From NCBI GenBank assembly GCA_964477335.1, contig CAYZHI010000001.1, forward strand, positions 1-27,282: a stretch of DNA of 27,282 nt. The letters are read 5' to 3'. Source of the stretch: an uncultured Caldilineaceae bacterium. GTDB lineage: Bacteria; Chloroflexota; Anaerolineae; 4572-78; J111. The notes below the pieces were generated by a model. It saw only the letters and a program-made list of their open reading frames with translations. It searched no databases and had not been told where the DNA came from. The translations under genes were made by a program, and so were the position numbers. Numbering within the stretch: the first letter of the stretch is position 1; every line of letters begins with the position of its first letter. Positions 22,561-27,282 of this stretch are shown here, in pieces.

Positions 22561-23940
22561 TTAGGGTGATCCCGAAATGGGTTTGTGGCTGGTTTTGTTA
22601 ACCAGGCCAGATGCCTTTTGATTGGCGCTGACCGGCTGGTTCTTGTACTCATCCCCTCTGGACTTCTCTCTAATCCGCTGAGTTCTGACCCGGCCAATCC
22701 GGCGCCCCTCCACATCCAGCACGGTCAACCGCAAACCGGCTACCACCACCGCGTCGCCGACCTCCGGGACCCGGCCCAACAGGTTGTAGACCAGCCCGCC
22801 CAGTGTATCAGCTTCGTCGGTCGGCAGCTCGGCCGCCATCAAGTCATTGATGTCATCCAGGTCCATCCGGGCGCTGAATATATATTCCTCTTCGGAGACT
22901 TGCTGCATCCAGAACTCTTCCGGATCATACTCATCCTGAATATCGCCTACAATCTCTTCCAGCACATCTTCAATGGTGACCAGACCGGCCGTGCCGCCAT
23001 ACTCATCCACCACAATGGCAATATGCACTTTGCGACTCTGTAATTCGCGCAGCAGTTCGCTCAAAGGTTTGGTTTCAGGCACAAAGTAAACATCCCGGGC
23101 CAGCTCATAAACGGATTTGGCCACGCCGCCATCGCGCCAATAGCTCAACAGATCTTTGGCGTACAGAATCCCAACAATATTATCGATATTGTCGACATAA
23201 ACCGGCACGCGCGAATGACCCGCTTCCAAAATCACGTCGAGTGCCTCCATGATGGGCGTCTTGGCCTCCACTGCAATCATATCGATACGGGGTACCATAA
23301 CTTCCCGGGCCACCGTGTCGCCAAGATCAAAGATCGAGTAGATCATCTCCTTCTCGTCTTCGCGCAGCACCCCTTCTTCTTCACCAGCATCCACATAGGT
23401 ACGCAGCTCCTCTTCGGTGATGGCGTTGAAGTTGTAGGTTCCTTCTTCACCCAAGCGACCGGTCAAAAATCGACCAATCCCGGAGACAAACTGGGCCAGG
23501 GGAGCGGCCAGAAAAGAGAGCAGATACAAGGGGTGGGCGGCCCAAAAAGCGATCGGCTCGGCGTAGTTGCGCCCGATCTCTTTGGGGATCAACTCGCCAA
23601 AAATAAGGGTTACCAGGGCAGTCACAATGGTAATCAACAGCACTGCCCAGAAATAATCGAGCGATAACGCCTGCGCCAGGGGCGCGGTGTAAACAAAAGC
23701 AGCAAAAGCAACGATGGAAAAGCCAACAAGCTTGAGGATGAGCTGCTCGGTTGTCAATAAACGGTTGGAGTCATCGGCCAACCGGTTGATAATCGCCGCG
23801 GCGTAATGGCCCTCTTCCAACAACTGCAACCGCCGTGGTCGGCGAATGGAGATAATGGCTTCTTTGGCCGCAGCAAAAAAAGCGTACAAAAAAAGTAACA
23901 CAACAAGGACAACTATGGGCGCCGAACTGTCAGGGTCCAA
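22561..23940 (-). CDS. HlyC/CorC family (CNNM/DUF21 plus CBS pair plus CorC_HlyC) putative Mg/Co transporter
   Basis: 459 aa. [57 protein letters not shown] and DTLGGLV. TTG start preceded by AGGAG. Confidence 0.95.
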   Translation of the reverse strand: MDPDSSAPIVVLVVLLFLYAFFAAAKEAIISIRRPRRLQLLEEGHYAAAIINRLADDSNRLLTTEQLILKLVGFSIVAFAAFVYTAPLAQALSLDYFWAVLLITIVTALVTLIFGELIPKEIGRNYAEPIAFWAAHPLYLLSFLAAPLAQFVSGIGRFLTGRLGEEGTYNFNAITEEELRTYVDAGEEEGVLREDEKEMIYSIFDLGDTVAREVMVPRIDMIAVEAKTPIMEALDVILEAGHSRVPVYVDNIDNIVGILYAKDLLSYWRDGGVAKSVYELARDVYFVPETKPLSELLRELQSRKVHIAIVVDEYGGTAGLVTIEDVLEEIVGDIQDEYDPEEFWMQQVSEEEYIFSARMDLDDINDLMAAELPTDEADTLGGLVYNLLGRVPEVGDAVVVAGLRLTVLDVEGRRIGRVRTQRIREKSRGDEYKNQPVSANQKASGLVNKTSHKPISGSP

Positions 23941-24051
23941 CGAATCAACTCCTGTAAATCTTTCATTTTTAGTAAGATATTATTCATTTCTTGCCGGAAA
24001 ACTGCAAATATACGCCGGTGGCGTCATCCAGAAGCGAGGATATTGGTCAAA

Positions 24052-25389
24052 TTACTTTCCTATTTTCTGCATCAACTCATCCCGTGTCTTACCGGATAAA
24101 TCCAGCCGGTTATCCCGCACCTCATAACTGGTCCGAGCGGGCAACGCAATCTTGTTGGGCGGTAGATCATCCAGCAGAGTCACCCCTGGCCCCACAATGC
24201 TATTAGGGCCTACTTTCACCCCCGGCGTCAACACGCTGTTGCAGCCGGTTCGGCAGCCCTCGGCCATGATGACTCCAAATTTATTGGTACCGATACCCAT
24301 CTGCTTGTCGCCTACGCTGACCCGCACCTCTTCTTCATCAAAGCGAAAATTGGCGGTGATGGTCCCGGCCCCAAAAGAGCAATTATCGGACACAATTGAG
24401 TCGCCGACATAATTGCGATGGGTCCAGACATTGCGGCCAAAAATAGAGTGCTTGATCTCCGAACCAAAACCAACCACACAACCCGGCCCAAAAGAACAGC
24501 CGCCCCACACCATCGCATTGTTACCGATCACGCTGCCTGCGCCAATATAGGCCGGCCCGCGGATGACCGCATGCTCAAACACACGCACGTTATCACCGAT
24601 GATGACATTATCGCCAATCACCGCCCGATCGGATTTTTTGGCCGAAGGGCTGATTTGTTGTCCTTTGATTTTTTGACTCAGCAACAAATCGCTGATCGTC
24701 AACAGATTCCAGGGGAATTTGTATGACTCAAACAGGCCATCGTAAGCCACATGAACGGCCTGGCCGCGATCGATCAGCAGTTGGTAGGCTCGCTCGAACT
24801 GGTCGTCAGTTTCGCCCAGGGGGGTATCACGGATGCATTGAAAAATATCAGGTGAAAAATAGTACACCCCAATTACGGCCACATCGCTTGGCTCTTGCCC
24901 GGCCGGCGGTTTTTCGATCACCCCCACCAACCGGCCCTCGCTATCAAAGCGCATCACCCCAAAGCGCCACGGTTCGGTGACTCTGCGACCAATCAGGGCC
25001 AGGTTGGCTTGAGCTTCGTTAGCCCGGCTCATCACCTCGGTCAACAGGCTGGAGTCAAAAATATCATTGGCATTCAAGACAAAGAAATGGCTATGGATCA
25101 AACGCTCGGCGGCCTGAACCGCATTGGCCTGCCCTAATGGTTGCGCCTGATAGGCATATTGTATCTTGACCTCAAAATCGCGGCCATCGCCAAAATAATT
25201 ATGAATCTGCTCTTGATTAGGGCCGGTTACAATAATCAGATCGGTGATCCCGGCCTCGCGCAGGTTCTCCACCACAAATTGGATGAGTGGTTTCCCTATA
25301 ATTTCAAACATCGACTTGGGTTTGTTAATGCCAAGCGGATGGATTCGTTTCCCTTCACCACCTGCCAGAATAACCGCTTGTATCGACAT
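24052..25389 (-). CDS. Bifunctional sugar-1-phosphate nucleotidylyltransferase/acetyltransferase (archaeal ST0452-type GlmU-like)
   Basis: 445 aa. ILAGGEGKRIHP...KPK, YQAQPLGQANA, FGV...IEKP, hexapeptide repeats, HRNYVGDSIV and FGAGTITAN. RBS AAGGGAG. Confidence 0.88.
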   Translation of the reverse strand: MSIQAVILAGGEGKRIHPLGINKPKSMFEIIGKPLIQFVVENLREAGITDLIIVTGPNQEQIHNYFGDGRDFEVKIQYAYQAQPLGQANAVQAAERLIHSHFFVLNANDIFDSSLLTEVMSRANEAQANLALIGRRVTEPWRFGVMRFDSEGRLVGVIEKPPAGQEPSDVAVIGVYYFSPDIFQCIRDTPLGETDDQFERAYQLLIDRGQAVHVAYDGLFESYKFPWNLLTISDLLLSQKIKGQQISPSAKKSDRAVIGDNVIIGDNVRVFEHAVIRGPAYIGAGSVIGNNAMVWGGCSFGPGCVVGFGSEIKHSIFGRNVWTHRNYVGDSIVSDNCSFGAGTITANFRFDEEEVRVSVGDKQMGIGTNKFGVIMAEGCRTGCNSVLTPGVKVGPNSIVGPGVTLLDDLPPNKIALPARTSYEVRDNRLDLSGKTRDELMQKIGK

Positions 25390-25448
25390 CGGCTCGATCT
25401 CCCTTTGACTTTTACTGTTTCTTACGTAATCGTTTCCAAATCTCCGGA

Positions 25449-25703
25449 TTACGACTGTGAGGGTTGCTTGTATATTTCACGCGGCTCAGCCATCATAACC
25501 GGTACGGCCAGCTCATTGGCAGGATCAGGTTGCAAACCAATCACCGTCTCAGTGTTATGGTACGGTAAAGCATTCACCTGTCGGGTTTATTCTTCAAGGG
25601 TGAAACACTCGGCGAACCATACCGAATTCAGTTGGTCGATGATCCGCTGTAACAGGGTAATCTTATCAAGATGGGGCTCTTCCAAGGAGATTGCCTCGGT
25701 CAT
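25449..25703 (-). pseudogene. Possible small gene (84-codon frame) interrupted by one in-frame TAA, or a 38-aa ORF
   Basis: ATG 25703 overlaps the PMM stop (ATGA). Manual translation: MTEAISLEEPHLDKITLLQRIIDQLNSVWFAECFTLEE*(25587-25589)TRQVNALPYHNTETVIGLQPDPANELAVPVMMAEPREIYKQPSQS*. Confidence 0.35.
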
Positions 25704-27070
25704 TGGCGGGATTCGCCCTCCAACCGATTGAGTTCAGCCTCAACCAAAGCCTGGACCCTGGTCTGGATCATGGCTAAGGCTTCACGACTACGGGCCTCAA
25801 AACGCATGGAGATAACCGGCTGGGTATTGGACTGGCGCACTAAAGCCCAGCCTTCGTCAAAGTGGATGCGGGCCCCATCGAGTACATCCACATAGTAATC
25901 ATTGGCAAATTGAGCTTTAATCCGCTCAACCACCCGAGCTTTGACCTCATCCCGGCACTTGACGCGCAGTTCAGGCGAAGAGTGATAAGTTGGCAAGTCG
26001 GCCACCAGCGCTGACAACGGATACGCGCTTTGCGCCAAAATATTGAGCAGTTTGACCGTAGCCAAAATGGCATCGTCAAAGCGAAACTCCGGTTCATTGA
26101 GAAAGAGATGGCCGGAAAGCTCTCCACCCAAGGCGGCCCCGGTTTGCTGCATTGCCTGGTGCACAAAAGCATAACCAGAGGGTGTCATCACCGGTTCGCC
26201 GCCGTGGGCCCGCACGTCATCGGCTAATGCCTGGGTGCACAATATTTCGTACACAATCTTGGCCGGTCCCCCCTGCAATATGTCACGCGCCAAAATCATC
26301 ATGATCTGGTCGCCCAACACCCGATTGCCGGCTTCATCCACCACCACCAGCCGGTCGCCATCGCCATCGTAAGCCAGCCCTAAATCAGCTTTTTCGGCCT
26401 TGACCAATAGCGACAACGCGTCGGTCGCCCCACTTTTGGTTGGATCGGGGCTGCGGTTGGGAAAAGCGCCATCCGGCTCGACAAAAAGTTCAAAAACCGT
26501 GTGTCCCAGTTGGCGCAGCAGTTCGACCACCACCGGCCCATTGGTGCCATTGCCGCCGTCTACCGCGATTTTCAGAGATCGGCCAGGCCGAACATATCGC
26601 CGCAAAGCAGCCAAGTAGGGAGGCAGAGCATCCTTTTCCAAAACTGTACCCTGTCCAGCCACAAAGTTGCCACCAACAGCCAGTTGAAAAATTTGCTGAA
26701 TCTCCCCGCCGGTTAATGTTTGGCGACCTCGAATCTTAAGACCATTATCCTCTGGCGGGTTATGGCTGGCAGTGACCATTATGCCACCGGCGGCGGCCAG
26801 GAAATCCGTGGCAAAATTATGCACCGGGGTGGGTACAAGGCCCACATCGATTACCTTAACTCCCGTTTGGGCTAAACCGGTTATGAGCGCCCGGCTAATC
26901 CGGGCGGAACTATTACGTACATCGCGACCAACTACCAAGGTCTGCTTGTCGTGCCGCCTGAAGTAAGTGCCAATTGCTCGCCCAACCCGAACCACCACCT
27001 CGTTGGTCAAATCCTGCTCAGCCACACCTCGGATGCTAAATTCGCGAAAGATATGGGGAGAAATCTGCAT
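25700..27070 (-). CDS. Phosphomannomutase/phosphoglucomutase (alpha-D-phosphohexomutase, AlgC-like)
   Basis: 456 aa. Phosphoserine loop TASHNP, metal loop DGDGDR, sugar loop GELSGH, and VRQSNTQP. Confidence 0.95.
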   Translation of the reverse strand: MQISPHIFREFSIRGVAEQDLTNEVVVRVGRAIGTYFRRHDKQTLVVGRDVRNSSARISRALITGLAQTGVKVIDVGLVPTPVHNFATDFLAAAGGIMVTASHNPPEDNGLKIRGRQTLTGGEIQQIFQLAVGGNFVAGQGTVLEKDALPPYLAALRRYVRPGRSLKIAVDGGNGTNGPVVVELLRQLGHTVFELFVEPDGAFPNRSPDPTKSGATDALSLLVKAEKADLGLAYDGDGDRLVVVDEAGNRVLGDQIMMILARDILQGGPAKIVYEILCTQALADDVRAHGGEPVMTPSGYAFVHQAMQQTGAALGGELSGHLFLNEPEFRFDDAILATVKLLNILAQSAYPLSALVADLPTYHSSPELRVKCRDEVKARVVERIKAQFANDYYVDVLDGARIHFDEGWALVRQSNTQPVISMRFEARSREALAMIQTRVQALVEAELNRLEGESRQ

Positions 27071-27220
27071 TTTTGATCCAACCCACTGAATTTATTGAGG
27101 ATAATTCATCGGCAAGGAAATACAGCATCTTCGAGGATACTTTTAGACACCTCAACCAGATCAAAGAGCCGTCCAATTGTTGTATTGTAACACTAAGGTC
27201 CAGAAAATAAAAAAAGCCCT

Positions 27221-27282
27221 CTTGGCAATGACCTACTCTCCCAGAGGGTCGCCCCTCAAGTACCATCGGCGCTGGCGGGCTT
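27221..27282 (-). rRNA. rrf: 5S rRNA, 3' half (runs off the right edge of the window)
   Basis: Reverse complement AAGCCCGCCAGCGCCGATGGTACTTGAGGGGCGACCCTCTGGGAGAGTAGGTCATTGCCAAG contains the conserved 5S elements GCCGATGGTA and GGGAGAGTAGG. The exact 3' end is uncertain by a few nt. Confidence 0.95.

Noticed and set aside
25141-25731. 196-aa plus-strand ORF spanning the PMM/GlmU gap
   Set aside because: In exact antisense register with the GlmU-like gene over its first half, with no motif or RBS support.
27036-27266. 76-aa ORF
   Set aside because: Starts inside the 5S rRNA and overlaps the PMM start; spurious.

Overview
Chromosomal window of a bacterium, probably Chloroflexota (Anaerolineae/Caldilineae-like). 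The taxonomy is inferred from the multiple Pro/Thr-linker membrane proteins, the GT39 with C-terminal beta-sandwiches, the Hanks kinases with TolB-like propellers and the archaeal-type GlmU. The window runs from a partial ECF sigma factor and tRNA-Val(TAC) to the 3' half of a 5S rRNA. Three blocks lie between them. (1) Envelope/glycan genes at 807-7355: GH5-like hydrolase, GT39, SH3b protein and GT2. (2) An ~11.6 kb signalling block at 7571-19149: a TPR-rich membrane Ser/Thr kinase, a Phd/YefM-like small protein overlapping an inositol-monophosphatase-family gene, two coupled Roadblock/LC7 (MglB-like) genes with no GTPase in the window, a second membrane kinase with a TolB-like propeller, and an ~1300-aa kinase-less membrane protein. 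That protein carries novel Trp-rich WW-like repeats, a PsbP-like domain, LysM and a propeller paralogous to the kinase's. (3) Sugar and housekeeping genes: an alkaline-phosphatase-fold protein with degenerate metal ligands, rfbD, cdd, a CorC/HlyC transporter, a GlmU-like enzyme and a PMM/PGM. No integrase, transposase or CRISPR array was seen. The best candidate for an undescribed system is the LysM co-receptor/kinase pair together with the roadblock pair. No searches were run; all family calls rest on motif recognition.
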